A stretch of DNA of 64,000 bases from Alphaproteobacteria bacterium (lineage in GTDB: Bacteria; Pseudomonadota; Alphaproteobacteria; Micavibrionales; UBA2020), in NCBI GenBank assembly GCA_016124645.1, contig WGNE01000017.1, positions 9,431 through 73,430 of the forward strand. The letters are read 5' to 3'. Under the pieces are notes generated by a model. That model saw only the letters and a list, made by a program, of their open reading frames with translations, was not told the origin of the DNA and ran no database searches. The translations under genes and the position numbers were made by a program. Each line of letters starts with the position of its first letter. Position 1 is the first letter of the stretch. Below, one piece after another: positions 27,401 through 40,708 of the stretch.

Positions 27401-29494
27401 CTAAGTGCCGGTGATGGCTTTCGGCCTGTCGCGGTGGCGCGTGACCTGCGTCTTCACTTTCCCGCCCTCGCGGGTGAATTTCATGTCGAAGGCGGCATCG
27501 CCCACGCGCAGATTCCCGATCTCGATATGCTCCAGCCAGTCCGGCAATTGCGGGTTTTGCGCGCTGACCGTGCCGTTGAACCCGTCGATGCGGATGCCGA
27601 GCATGGACTGCAAAAGCATCGATTCCGACGCGCTGGCCCAGGCCTGCGGGCTGCAGGCGACGGGATAGGGCACGGGCGCTTCGCCGTCCCTGCGCGGCAG
27701 GCCGCCGAAAAGCTCGGGCAGGCGGTGCTGGGGGAATTGCCGCGCGGCCTCGAACAGCGCGGTCATGACGGCGGCGGCCTTGTCTTCCATGCCGTAGCGC
27801 ATGAAGCCGGCGGCGCAGATTGCGCTGTCATGCACCCAGACGGTGCCGTTGTGGTAGCCGCGCGGCGGCTTGACCGGCTCGTAGCGCTTTTCCTTTTCCG
27901 ACAGGGTGCGGATGCCCCAGCCGCTGAACATGTCGGGCGCCATCAGCCGCCCGGCCACTTTTTGCGCGCGTTCTTCCGGCACGATGCCCGAATAAAGCAG
28001 GTGCCCGGGGTTGGATGTGGAGACGCGGCAGGGGTTCTTCTTCCCGTCCAGCGCCAGCGCATAGGTGCCGAGATCCTCCGACCAGAAATCCGCGTTGAAT
28101 TTTTCCTTCAGCGTTTCGGCTTCGCGTGCCAGTCTTTCGGCGTCCTCCTTTTTGCCGAGCGCGGCGGCGATGCGGGCGGCGGATTTCTTCGCGTCATAGA
28201 CGTAGCCCTGTACCTCGCAAAGCGCGATCGCGCCTTCGGCCAGCGTGCCGTCGGCGTGGGAGGTTGAATCGATCGAATCCTTCCAGCCCTGGTTGCCAAG
28301 GCCGGTTTCCTCCCCGCGCAGGTATTCGACGAAGCCGTCGCCGTCCTTGTCGCCGTATTTGTCTATCCATTCCAGCGCGCGCTCGATGTTCGGCCAGAGG
28401 GCGGCGAGGAAGACGTGGTCGTCGGTGCGGTCGAAATAAGCCCCCGCAAGGCTGATGAACAGCGGCGTCGCATCCGCCGTGCCGTAATAGGGGATATAGG
28501 GGATTTCCCTGCAGGCGGCCATCTCGCCGAGGCGCAGCTCGTGCATGATCTTGCCGGGCTCGCTGTCGAGGAAGGTGCTGGTCTCGTTCGCCTGATAATG
28601 CGCGAGCGTGGCGAGCACGCCCTTGGCCAGTGCGGGGTCCTGCCAGAGCAGCTGCAGCGCGGTGATGATGGCGTCGCGTCCGAAGGCGGCGTTGAAGCGC
28701 GGAATGCCGGCATAGGGGAACAGTCCCGTTTCCAGCCTTGTCGTGAGCAGGGCGACGTCGCGCGCGTTCAGCTTCACCCAGTCGTCGAAGGCGGGGTTCG
28801 AGGACGAAATGCGCGGGCGGCGGGCGAGATGCGCTTCCACGTCATCCGTCGCGGCCTTCTTCGCGTGTTCGAAGGCGGCTTCGCTTGCGGGTTCCGGCTT
28901 TCCGTCCGCGCAGGTGCGGACGTAGAGGACCGCCTGCGCTGCGGGGGGGAGGGAGAGATTGAAGGCGAAATGCGTACCGTCCGCGCTGTCCGGCTCCCGA
29001 GAGAAGGTGACGGCGGTGCGGTAATCGCGACCATCGAGGCCGGTATAGCCAAGGGTGACGCCGCGCGCGCCGGCTTCTGGCGCGTGCATTTTCCCGCGCG
29101 CCTTGCGCTCCATGCCGCGCAGCTCGAAGAGGTCGAGGAAGTCGTTCGAGATTTCATACGCCAGCGAAACCGCCGTGGGCGCGCCGCCGGTATTGGTGAC
29201 GGCGGTTTTCTCGTAAAGCGCGTCGCCGTAAAGGAATATCTCGCGCCGAATGTCCAGCAGACTGCCCGGCGCGTCGGCGGTGAGGACGGCGTGGAAGACG
29301 GCGCGGTTCTCGTCCGTCCCGCTGCGCTCCACCTTGGGCGCGGCGCCGTCCACGGTCAGGCGGCAGATGGCGAGCATCCGCGTGTCGCGGGTCACGAGCC
29401 CGCCCGCGAAGCCGTGGGTTTTCTCCGTCTGCCCGTGCAGGTCGCCTGCGGCGTCGAGGATGGTGAAAGTATCATTGTGCTTGAGGACGAACAT
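27401..29494 (-). CDS. Amylo-alpha-1,6-glucosidase / glycogen debranching enzyme family
   Basis: DTR.L, DLFELRG, FGRD, EPGKIMHE, YYGTADATPL, NQGWKDS, YHNGTVW, PQAWA motifs. Confidence 0.88.
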   Translation of the reverse strand: MFVLKHNDTFTILDAAGDLHGQTEKTHGFAGGLVTRDTRMLAICRLTVDGAAPKVERSGTDENRAVFHAVLTADAPGSLLDIRREIFLYGDALYEKTAVTNTGGAPTAVSLAYEISNDFLDLFELRGMERKARGKMHAPEAGARGVTLGYTGLDGRDYRTAVTFSREPDSADGTHFAFNLSLPPAAQAVLYVRTCADGKPEPASEAAFEHAKKAATDDVEAHLARRPRISSSNPAFDDWVKLNARDVALLTTRLETGLFPYAGIPRFNAAFGRDAIITALQLLWQDPALAKGVLATLAHYQANETSTFLDSEPGKIMHELRLGEMAACREIPYIPYYGTADATPLFISLAGAYFDRTDDHVFLAALWPNIERALEWIDKYGDKDGDGFVEYLRGEETGLGNQGWKDSIDSTSHADGTLAEGAIALCEVQGYVYDAKKSAARIAAALGKKEDAERLAREAETLKEKFNADFWSEDLGTYALALDGKKNPCRVSTSNPGHLLYSGIVPEERAQKVAGRLMAPDMFSGWGIRTLSEKEKRYEPVKPPRGYHNGTVWVHDSAICAAGFMRYGMEDKAAAVMTALFEAARQFPQHRLPELFGGLPRRDGEAPVPYPVACSPQAWASASESMLLQSMLGIRIDGFNGTVSAQNPQLPDWLEHIEIGNLRVGDAAFDMKFTREGGKVKTQVTRHRDRPKAITGT

Positions 29495-29528
29495 GTCAAA
29501 AACCTTTGCTGAAATAAATGGTTGCCGG

Positions 29529-30581
29529 TCAGGCGGCGTTTTTGGTGATTTCGGCGCGTGTGCGCGGCAATGCGTCCGGGAATTCGCGCTGGATGAAATC
29601 GACCATCTTCTCGCGGATCAGGCAGCGCAGGTCCCAGGCGTCGGAAGCGTTGCGGGCGCTGATGAGCACGCGCGCCTCCACCGTGTCCTGCTTGCATTCC
29701 ACCAGCTGGATGTTGCTGACCTTTTCATCCCAGAGCGGCGTGTCCTTCAAAATCTCGTCCAGCTTCGCGCGCAGCCTGTCGAGCGGCACGGTGTAATCCG
29801 TGAACAGGCTGACGGTGCCCAGAATGTCGGCCGAGGTGCGCGTCCAGTTCTGGAAGGGTTTTTCGATGAAGTAGCTGATAGGCACGACCAGCCGCCGCAA
29901 ATCCCAGATGCGCACGACGACGTAGGTGAGGGTGATTTCCTCGATCTTGCCCCATTCGCCCTCCACGATCACGACGTCGTCGATGCGGATGGGCTGGGTG
30001 AGGGCGATCTGGATGCCCGCCAGCAGGTTGCCCAGTATCTTCTGCGCCGACAGGCCGATGACGAGGCCGGCGACGCCCGCGGAAGCCAGCAGGCTCATCC
30101 CGAAGCCGCGCAGCGCGTCCGACATCATGAAGAGCGAGGCGACGCCGATGACGAAAATGATGAAGTGGACGAGGCGGCGGATGATGGAGATTTGCGTGTG
30201 GATGCGCCGCGCGCGCAGGTTGTTGGCCGTATTGACGTCGAAATGCGACTGCAATATGTCCGCCGTCGCGCTGGCTGCGCGCATCGCAATCCAGACGGCG
30301 GCGATGACGGCCAGAACCCGCATGCTGCCCGACAGCGGCGCCTCCGCCAGCGCGGGCGGGCGGTAATAGTGCATGGCGGTGAAATAAAAGATCGTCGGCA
30401 TCAGCAGGACGAGGGGCGCGCGCATCCGCCGCGCCAGCAGGTTGTCCAGCCGGTATTCGGTCTGTTGCGCGATTTTTTCCGCGAGGAAGGAAAACAGCCA
30501 GCCGCACAGCGCGCCCCCGGCGAAAATCGCCATCAGGTAGCCGGTGGCGTAAAGAATATCCTGCCAGTGGATGTGGGGCAT
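29529..30581 (-). CDS. MscS-family mechanosensitive channel
   Basis: SLLASAGVAGLVIGLSAQ..LGNLLAGIQIA, PIRIDD, WDLRRLVVP, PFQNWT. Confidence 0.9.
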   Translation of the reverse strand: MPHIHWQDILYATGYLMAIFAGGALCGWLFSFLAEKIAQQTEYRLDNLLARRMRAPLVLLMPTIFYFTAMHYYRPPALAEAPLSGSMRVLAVIAAVWIAMRAASATADILQSHFDVNTANNLRARRIHTQISIIRRLVHFIIFVIGVASLFMMSDALRGFGMSLLASAGVAGLVIGLSAQKILGNLLAGIQIALTQPIRIDDVVIVEGEWGKIEEITLTYVVVRIWDLRRLVVPISYFIEKPFQNWTRTSADILGTVSLFTDYTVPLDRLRAKLDEILKDTPLWDEKVSNIQLVECKQDTVEARVLISARNASDAWDLRCLIREKMVDFIQREFPDALPRTRAEITKNAA

Positions 30582-30597
30582 GTCTTACACTCCTCTT

Positions 30598-30626
30598 TTT
30601 TTATTTATCGTCTTTTTATTTATCGT
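30598..30626 (-). repeat. 14-bp tandem direct repeat upstream of an RBS
   Basis: tttttatttatcgt occurs twice with a 15-bp period, immediately 5' of AGAGGAG for the minus-strand MscS gene. Confidence 0.7.
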
Positions 30627-30640
30627 TTGGGCGCCTGCCG

Positions 30641-33600
30641 TCAGGCGGGCCGCGCGGATTCTTCTTCCCCGCCGTCCTCTTCGTCCCGGCGCAGCCAGTC
30701 GGAGAACTTCTCGAGGTAAAGATAGACCACCGGGGTGATGAACAGGGTGAGCAGCTGCGAAGTCAGCAAGCCGCCCACCACCGCGACGCCCAGCGGCTGG
30801 CGCAGCTCCGAGCCCGTGCCGAGCGCGAGGGCGATGGGCAGGGTGCCGAAAATGGCGGCCATGGTCGTCATCATGATGGGGCGGAAGCGCAGGATGCAGG
30901 CCTCGAAGATCGCGTCGTGCGCGCTCGCCCCTTCCTTGCGCGCGTTGATCGCGAAATCGACCATCATGATGGAGTTCTTCTTCACGATGCCGATGAGCAG
31001 CACGATGCCGATGACGGAAATGACGCTGACGTCCATGTGGAAGATCATCAGCGTGATGACGGCCCCGAGCCCGGCGGAGGGCAGGCCGGACAAAATCGTG
31101 ACCGGGTGCAAAAAGCTTTCGTAGAGCATGCCGAGGATGATGAAGATGACCACGATGGTAAAGCCCAGCAGCGCGCCCTGCCCGGCCAGCGATTCCTGGA
31201 AGACCTGCGCCGTGCCCTGGAAGCTGCCGGTGATGTTGGCGGGCATGTGCATGCCGTTTTGCACCTGCGTCATGCGTGTGACCGCCTGCCCGAGCGAGAT
31301 GCCGTCCGCGAGGTTGAAGGAAATGGTCACGGCGGGCATCTGGCCCTGGTGGTTGATGGACAGGGGCGCGGTGCCGCGGGTGATGGTCGCGATGTTGTCG
31401 AGCGGCACCACGTGGCCGGGGTTGCCCGCCGCCGTGCCCGCGACGTAGATGCGGCTCATGTCCTCGATGGAGGTCTGGAACTTCGGCGCGACCTCGAAGA
31501 TGACGGCGTAATCGTCGCTGCTGGTGTAAAGGCTGGCGATTTGCGAATTACCGTAGGCGCTGTAGAGCGCCTGCCGCACGTCGTCGTAGGTGATGCCGAG
31601 GCTGGCGGCCTTTTGCTGATCGACGGTCACCACGGCCTCGAGGCTGTCAAGCTGCATGTCGGATGTCACGTCCTCGAACCACGGCTGCTTGGAGAGCGCG
31701 TCCATCAGCTTTTGCGCCAATGAATAGAGCCCGTCGATGTCGGTGCTTTGCAGCGTGTACTGGTACATGCTCTTGCTCGACCGCCCGCCGATCTGGATGT
31801 TCTGCAGCGGCTGCATATAGACCTTCAGCCCCTCGATGGAGGCCAGCTGCTTGCGCAGGTCCTGCACGATGTCGAAAACGGAGGGCCGCTGCGCGCGGGG
31901 CTTCAAGCCGAAGAACATGAAGCCGGTATTGGCCGTGTGCCCGCCGCCGCCGGTGCGGGAAAAGACGGTTTCGACATAGGGGTTGTCCTGTATCATCTTT
32001 TGCGCGCGGCGCTGCTTTTCCAGCATGGCGTCGAAGGAAACGTCCTGCGCGGCTTCGGTGCTGACGCGCACGAAGCCGGTGTCTTCGAGCGGGAAGAAGC
32101 CCTTGGGCGCGGCCTCGAAAGCGAAGATGCTGGCGCCCAGCAAGGCGAAGGTGACGATGAGGGTCAGCAGCCGGTGGTCCAGCACCACGCGCAGCGCGGC
32201 CTCGTAGCCGGCGCGCAGCCTGTTGAAGCCGCCTTCCAGCAAGTGGTCGAATTTCCCCTTGTGCTCGTGACCTTTCAAAAGCTTGCTGCACAGCATGGGG
32301 GTGAGGGTGAGGGCGATGAGGCCGGAGAACAGGACCGTCATGCTGATGGTGACGGCGAACTCGCGGAAGGTGCGCCCGACGATGCCGCCCATGAAGAGGA
32401 CCGGGATGAAGACGGTGATGAGCGAGGCGGTCATGGAGACGATGGTGAAGCCGATCTCCCGCGCGCCGCGCAGGGCGGCGGCGAAGGGTTTTTCCCCCGC
32501 CTCGATATGGCGCACGATGTTTTCCAGCATCACGATGGCGTCGTCCACCACGAAGCCCACGCAAAGCGTGAGGGCCAGCAGGGAGATATTGTTGATGGAG
32601 AAATGCAAAAGCGCCATGCCCGCATAGGTCGCGATGATGGAAAGCGGTACGGCCAGCGCGGGGATCAGCGTCGCCCGCGCGCTGCGCAGGAAGAAGAAAA
32701 TGACGAGAACGACGAGCCCGAAGGTGACGAGTAGCGTTTCCTGCACGTCCGTGACGGAGTTGCGGATGGCGACCGAGCGGTCGAAGAGCGGCGTGATTTT
32801 AATGGACGCGGGCACCTGCGTGCGGAACTGGGGCAGCAGGTCGCGCACCTGCCTGACGACCTCGATGGTATTCGCGTCCGGCTGGCGCTGGATGGCGATG
32901 ACCACGGCGGGCTTGCCGTTCAGTGAGGCGGATTCATGCAAATCCTCCACGCTGTCCACCACGCTGCCGAGGTCGCCGAGGCGTATCGGCGCGCCGTTCT
33001 TCCAAAGGGCGATGAGGCGGCGGAAACCCGCGGCGTCGGTCGGCTGGCCCTTCAGGTCGATGTTGAACAGCTGGCGCGGGCCGTAGATGCTGCCCAGCGG
33101 CGCGTTGGAGGCGGCGGCGGCCACGGCCTGCTGCACCTCGTTGAAGCCGAGATCCTGCGCCGCCATCTTGTCGGGGTTGACCTGAATGCGCAGGGCGTAT
33201 TTCTGCTCCCCGTAGATCAGCGCCTGCGCCACGCCGTTGACCATGGAGATGCGCTGGGCCATCACGGTATCGGCGTATTGATCGACTTTCGAAAGCGGCA
33301 GCGTGTCGGACGAGACGGCGATGTAAAGCACGGGCGCGTCCGCCGGGTTGACCTTGCGGAAGGAGGGCGGGGTGGTCATCTCCTTGGGCAGGCGGCGCAG
33401 GGTGGTCGAAATCGCCGTCTGCACGTCGAGCGCCGCGCCGTCGATGTTGCGGCCGAGGTCGAATTGCAGCGTGATGCTCGTCCGGCCCAGCGTGCTGGAG
33501 GAGGTCATGGATGAAATGCCGGAAATGGTCGAGAATTCACGTTCCAGCGGCGTGGCGACGGTGGAGGCCATGGTCTCCGGGCTCGCGCCCTCGAGGTTGG

Positions 33601-33745
33601 CGGAAACCTGTATCGTCGGGAAATCGACGTTCGGCAGCGCGCTGACGGGCAGCGTGCGGTAGCCTGCCATGCCCGCGACGAGCAGCGCCGCCATCAGCAA
33701 CGTGGTGAAAACGGGGCGGCGGATGCAGAATTCGGAAAGTCCCAT
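30641..33745 (-). CDS. RND efflux permease (MdtB/MdtC-like)
   Basis: RRPV, VDFPTIQV, GFVVDDAIVMLEN, GIVKKNSIMMVDFA, RFRPIMMTT; about 1035 aa. Confidence 0.93.
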   Translation of the reverse strand: MGLSEFCIRRPVFTTLLMAALLVAGMAGYRTLPVSALPNVDFPTIQVSANLEGASPETMASTVATPLEREFSTISGISSMTSSSTLGRTSITLQFDLGRNIDGAALDVQTAISTTLRRLPKEMTTPPSFRKVNPADAPVLYIAVSSDTLPLSKVDQYADTVMAQRISMVNGVAQALIYGEQKYALRIQVNPDKMAAQDLGFNEVQQAVAAAASNAPLGSIYGPRQLFNIDLKGQPTDAAGFRRLIALWKNGAPIRLGDLGSVVDSVEDLHESASLNGKPAVVIAIQRQPDANTIEVVRQVRDLLPQFRTQVPASIKITPLFDRSVAIRNSVTDVQETLLVTFGLVVLVIFFFLRSARATLIPALAVPLSIIATYAGMALLHFSINNISLLALTLCVGFVVDDAIVMLENIVRHIEAGEKPFAAALRGAREIGFTIVSMTASLITVFIPVLFMGGIVGRTFREFAVTISMTVLFSGLIALTLTPMLCSKLLKGHEHKGKFDHLLEGGFNRLRAGYEAALRVVLDHRLLTLIVTFALLGASIFAFEAAPKGFFPLEDTGFVRVSTEAAQDVSFDAMLEKQRRAQKMIQDNPYVETVFSRTGGGGHTANTGFMFFGLKPRAQRPSVFDIVQDLRKQLASIEGLKVYMQPLQNIQIGGRSSKSMYQYTLQSTDIDGLYSLAQKLMDALSKQPWFEDVTSDMQLDSLEAVVTVDQQKAASLGITYDDVRQALYSAYGNSQIASLYTSSDDYAVIFEVAPKFQTSIEDMSRIYVAGTAAGNPGHVVPLDNIATITRGTAPLSINHQGQMPAVTISFNLADGISLGQAVTRMTQVQNGMHMPANITGSFQGTAQVFQESLAGQGALLGFTIVVIFIILGMLYESFLHPVTILSGLPSAGLGAVITLMIFHMDVSVISVIGIVLLIGIVKKNSIMMVDFAINARKEGASAHDAIFEACILRFRPIMMTTMAAIFGTLPIALALGTGSELRQPLGVAVVGGLLTSQLLTLFITPVVYLYLEKFSDWLRRDEEDGGEEESARPA

Positions 33746-33747
33746 GC

Positions 33748-34899
33748 TCAAGGCGCCCGCTTCTGGGCGGCGTCCGGCGCCACGGAAACTGCGGCGCCGT
33801 CCGTCAGCAGCAGCATGCCGTCGGTCGCGACCTGCTCGCCTGCCTTCAGCCCGCCGCCGACAAGGGCGATGTCGCCCTGAATGCGCGTCACGGTCACCGG
33901 TCGCCGTTCCGCCTTGCCGTTCTTGATGACGAAGACGAAGTCGCGGCCCGCCGTGCTTTGCACCGCGACCTCGGGGATGACCAGCGCGTGTTCGTCCGTG
34001 CCGGTGCGGATGACGATGGGCACCAGCATGCCGGGCCAGAGCTTTTCATCCGGGTTGTCGAAGGTCGCGCGGGTGGCGTAGGTGCCCGTGCCCTGATCGA
34101 CCATGTTGTCGATGTATTTCAGCGTGCCTGAAACGTCCTCGCCGTCGGGCTTCACGCGCGCCGTCACGGGCACGGGGCCCGCCTGCATCGCGGCGCGCAG
34201 CTCCGTGAAGGTTTTTTGCGGCAGGGAGGCCTGCACGAGGATGGGGCGGATCTGGTTGATGGTGACCAGCGCGCCGGTGTCGTTCGCCTTCACGTTGTTG
34301 CCGAGGGTGACGTTGATCGTGCCCGTCCGCCCGTCGATGGGTGCGGTGATGGTGGTATAGCCGATCTGCACGTTCAGGTTCGAAATCGCCGCCTCGTCCG
34401 CCTGCACGCTGGCGGCCTGCGCGTCCGCCGCGGCCTTGCTGGACTTGAAGGCCTGCTCGCTGATCGCCTTCTGGCCGATGAGCTGCTTGTTGCGGTCCAG
34501 CTGCCATTTGAGGTTCTCAAGCTGGGCCTGGTCGCGGGCGAGGTCGGCCTGCGCCTGCGCCAGCTGGGCCTTCAGCGCGCGGTCGTCGAGCTGGAAGAGC
34601 ACGTCGCCCTTTTTCACCTCGTCCCCGTCGTGAAAGCGGATCGCCATGATCTGGCTGTCCAGCCGCGACTTGATATTGACGGTCTGGAAGGGCACCACGG
34701 TGCCGACGGAGGATATCGTCACCGGCACGTCCTGCCGTTTCGCTGCGGCGATGGTGACGGGCACGGGCAGGTCATCGTGCTTGTCTTTTTCGGCATTTCC
34801 CGCACCGCGCATGTAGAGCCAGCCGCCAAGGGCGCAGGCGGCCAGGACGACCGCGCTGGCCAGCAGTTTTTTCGGGGCGGAGGATTTCTTGGCGGTCAT
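33748..34899 (-). CDS. RND periplasmic adaptor / membrane fusion protein (MdtA-like)
   Basis: N-terminal TM, VKKGDVLFQLD lipoyl half-motif, coiled-coil hairpin, ITAPIDG, LWPG. Confidence 0.9.
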   Translation of the reverse strand: MTAKKSSAPKKLLASAVVLAACALGGWLYMRGAGNAEKDKHDDLPVPVTIAAAKRQDVPVTISSVGTVVPFQTVNIKSRLDSQIMAIRFHDGDEVKKGDVLFQLDDRALKAQLAQAQADLARDQAQLENLKWQLDRNKQLIGQKAISEQAFKSSKAAADAQAASVQADEAAISNLNVQIGYTTITAPIDGRTGTINVTLGNNVKANDTGALVTINQIRPILVQASLPQKTFTELRAAMQAGPVPVTARVKPDGEDVSGTLKYIDNMVDQGTGTYATRATFDNPDEKLWPGMLVPIVIRTGTDEHALVIPEVAVQSTAGRDFVFVIKNGKAERRPVTVTRIQGDIALVGGGLKAGEQVATDGMLLLTDGAAVSVAPDAAQKRAP

Positions 34900-35011
34900 G
34901 CGGGGGCGGTCCTTGGAATCGGCGTGTAACGGTCCTGATTATATAGATTTCACGCACGGGATGACCACCATCCGGCGCGGGAAAGATAAAAAAACTATCT
35001 TTTACGTAACG

Positions 35012-36256
35012 TTATTCCGGCGCGGGCGTGACGCCGAAGGCCTGCCCGTGCTTTTCCGCGCCCAGCCACGTGATAACGGTCAGCAGCACGGCCACGCAGC
35101 CCGCCACCAGCGCCAGCGCAAAGCCGTAATCGCCGTTGTGGCGGGTGGCGATATCCGCCTGCATCGTCGCATTGCCCGAGGCGATGAGGTTGCCCAGCTG
35201 ATAGACGACGCCCGGGAAGGTGCCGCGCACGGCGTCCGGCGAAATCTCGTTGAGGTGCGCGGGTACCACGCCCCATGCCCCCTGCACGAAGAACTGCACC
35301 GCGAAGGCGCCGCAGGCAAGGCCGACGGGGGTCAGCGCGTGCACCCAGAAGGGAATGGCGGGCAGCACCAGCCGGGCGGCCAGCACGATGGCCTTGCGCC
35401 GTCCGATCTTTTCCGAGAGCGTGCCGAAGAACAGCCCGCCCAGAATGGCGCCGATGTTATAGACGATGGCGATGCCGCCCACCTGGTCATGCGTCAGGTG
35501 CCGCTGCTGTTGCAGGAAGGTGGGATAGACGTCCTGCGTGCCGTGGCTGAGGAAGTTGAACCCCGCCATCATGACGGCGGCCCAGAGGAAGAGGCCCGCG
35601 TGATCCTTGACCATTTTGACGATATCCACGCGCTCCTTGCGGTGCCTGCGCGCCGTGAAGACCGGGGATTCCTCGGTGAAGCGGCGGATGTAGAGCACCA
35701 GCAGCGCGGGCGCGGCCCCCGCCATGAACATCACGCGCCATGCGTAATGCGGGTCGATATGCGGGTAGAGGAAATAAAAGACGAGCGAGGCCAGCAGGTA
35801 GCCCGAGGGATATCCCGCCTGCAACAGGCCGGAAACCGTGCCGCGCAGCTTTTCGGGTATCGTCTCCATGACCAGCGAGGCGCCGACGCCCCATTCCCCG
35901 CCCATCGCCACGCCGTAAAGCGCGCGCAGGGCGATGAGGGCGGAAAGAGAGGGCGCGAAGCCCGAGGCAAGCTCCATCACCGAATAGAACAGCACGTTGG
36001 CCATCAGCACCGGGCGGCGGCCGAAACGGTCGGCCAGCGCGCCGAAAATGAGCGCGCCCAGCGGCCGCATGGCCAGCGTGAGGGTAATGGCATAGGTCAC
36101 CGCCTTGACCGTGGTGGTGAATTCGGCCGCGATGTCCTTCATCACGAAGACGAGGACGAAGAAATCGAAGGCGTCCAGCGTCCAGCCCAGATAGCCGGCG
36201 ATGATGACATGGCGCTGGCGCGGGGTCAGCTCCCGCAGGGCGGCGCGAAGGGACAT
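35012..36256 (-). CDS. MFS transporter, sialate:H+ symporter (NanT/Jen1-like) family
   Basis: GWTLDAFDFF, MRPLGA, ADRFGRR, GGEW, SHGTQDVYPT, GAWGVVPAHLNE. Confidence 0.88.
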   Translation of the reverse strand: MSLRAALRELTPRQRHVIIAGYLGWTLDAFDFFVLVFVMKDIAAEFTTTVKAVTYAITLTLAMRPLGALIFGALADRFGRRPVLMANVLFYSVMELASGFAPSLSALIALRALYGVAMGGEWGVGASLVMETIPEKLRGTVSGLLQAGYPSGYLLASLVFYFLYPHIDPHYAWRVMFMAGAAPALLVLYIRRFTEESPVFTARRHRKERVDIVKMVKDHAGLFLWAAVMMAGFNFLSHGTQDVYPTFLQQQRHLTHDQVGGIAIVYNIGAILGGLFFGTLSEKIGRRKAIVLAARLVLPAIPFWVHALTPVGLACGAFAVQFFVQGAWGVVPAHLNEISPDAVRGTFPGVVYQLGNLIASGNATMQADIATRHNGDYGFALALVAGCVAVLLTVITWLGAEKHGQAFGVTPAPE

Positions 36257-36420
36257 GGGAAAACTCCTCGAAGACTGGCCTTTTTCCTGTTTTAGCACGG
36301 GTAGGGGCGGCAAAATACCCCGCGAAAGGCTTTTATCTTCCTCTATTTAACCTTTTCATTTTGATGTTTTTTTCCGTATGATGTGCCGCTGTTACAGGAC
36401 TTTGAGACAGGATTCCCCCA

Positions 36421-40098
<3,678 letters not shown>

Positions 40099-40127
40099 GC
40101 GGATTTAAAACCAGACTTGCAAACGCA

Positions 40128-40228
40128 CGTCATGCCCGCCTTGCGCGGGCATCCGGTCAGCCTGTCCGTATATATACCGGACGGCGGCTTGCAGCGGCCC
40201 CGGACCCCCGCGCAGGGCGGGGGTGACG
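40128..40228. repeat. Inverted pair of CGTC-tagged palindromic repeats (REPIN-like)
   Basis: CGTCATGCCCGCCTTGCGCGGGCATCCGG (40128-40156) and its inverted variant CCGGACCCCCGCGCAGGGCGGGGGTGACG (40200-40228), with an inner gtccg...cggac hairpin. Confidence 0.72.
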
Positions 40229-40278
40229 AATTTTTATTGGAACTTGGGGGGCAGGCAACGTTGCGCGAAGACGGGCGT

Positions 40279-40518
40279 TTACTTCTCGCCCGCCGCGAAG
40301 GTGACGGCGACGCCGCGCTTCTTGAAATAGGACTGCATCATCTTGCGCCCGGCGCGGTTGTTCTGGGCGAGGCGCGCGGGCTCGACCTCCACGCTTTTCT
40401 TGCCCTCGGCCGCCATCGCCGATTTCAGCGCGTCGATATGCAGGTCGATGTCATGGTTGTCGTTGATGAGCGAGGCATAGACGTTTTCAAGGGCCTGTTC
40501 GATGGAAGGTTTTGTCAT
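40279..40518 (-). CDS. Hypothetical protein (79 aa)
   Basis: MTKPSIEQALENVY..QNNRAGRKMMQSYFKKRGV; host-like codon usage; purine-rich leader. Confidence 0.65.
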   Translation of the reverse strand: MTKPSIEQALENVYASLINDNHDIDLHIDALKSAMAAEGKKSVEVEPARLAQNNRAGRKMMQSYFKKRGVAVTFAAGEK

Positions 40519-40708
40519 GTCGTGTCGTTCTTTCCGGTTAAGCGATGCTGATTCATAATATATGGACGCGCGAAAAAACACAAAAAATCGGAAGGCAGCA
40601 GCCGCGTTTGACATAGTCCATCCAGGCGAAGGAATTCCCGCGCGGCTCTTGAATCCGTAACGGAACGGCATATCTTTCAGCAGGTTCTTTTTTCAACAGG
40701 AGGATGTG

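Noticed and set aside
36257-36420. SAM or cobalamin riboswitch upstream of metH
   Set aside because: The region is short and shared with a divergent gene, and I could not find recognisable conserved riboswitch elements; an Rfam/Infernal scan would settle it.
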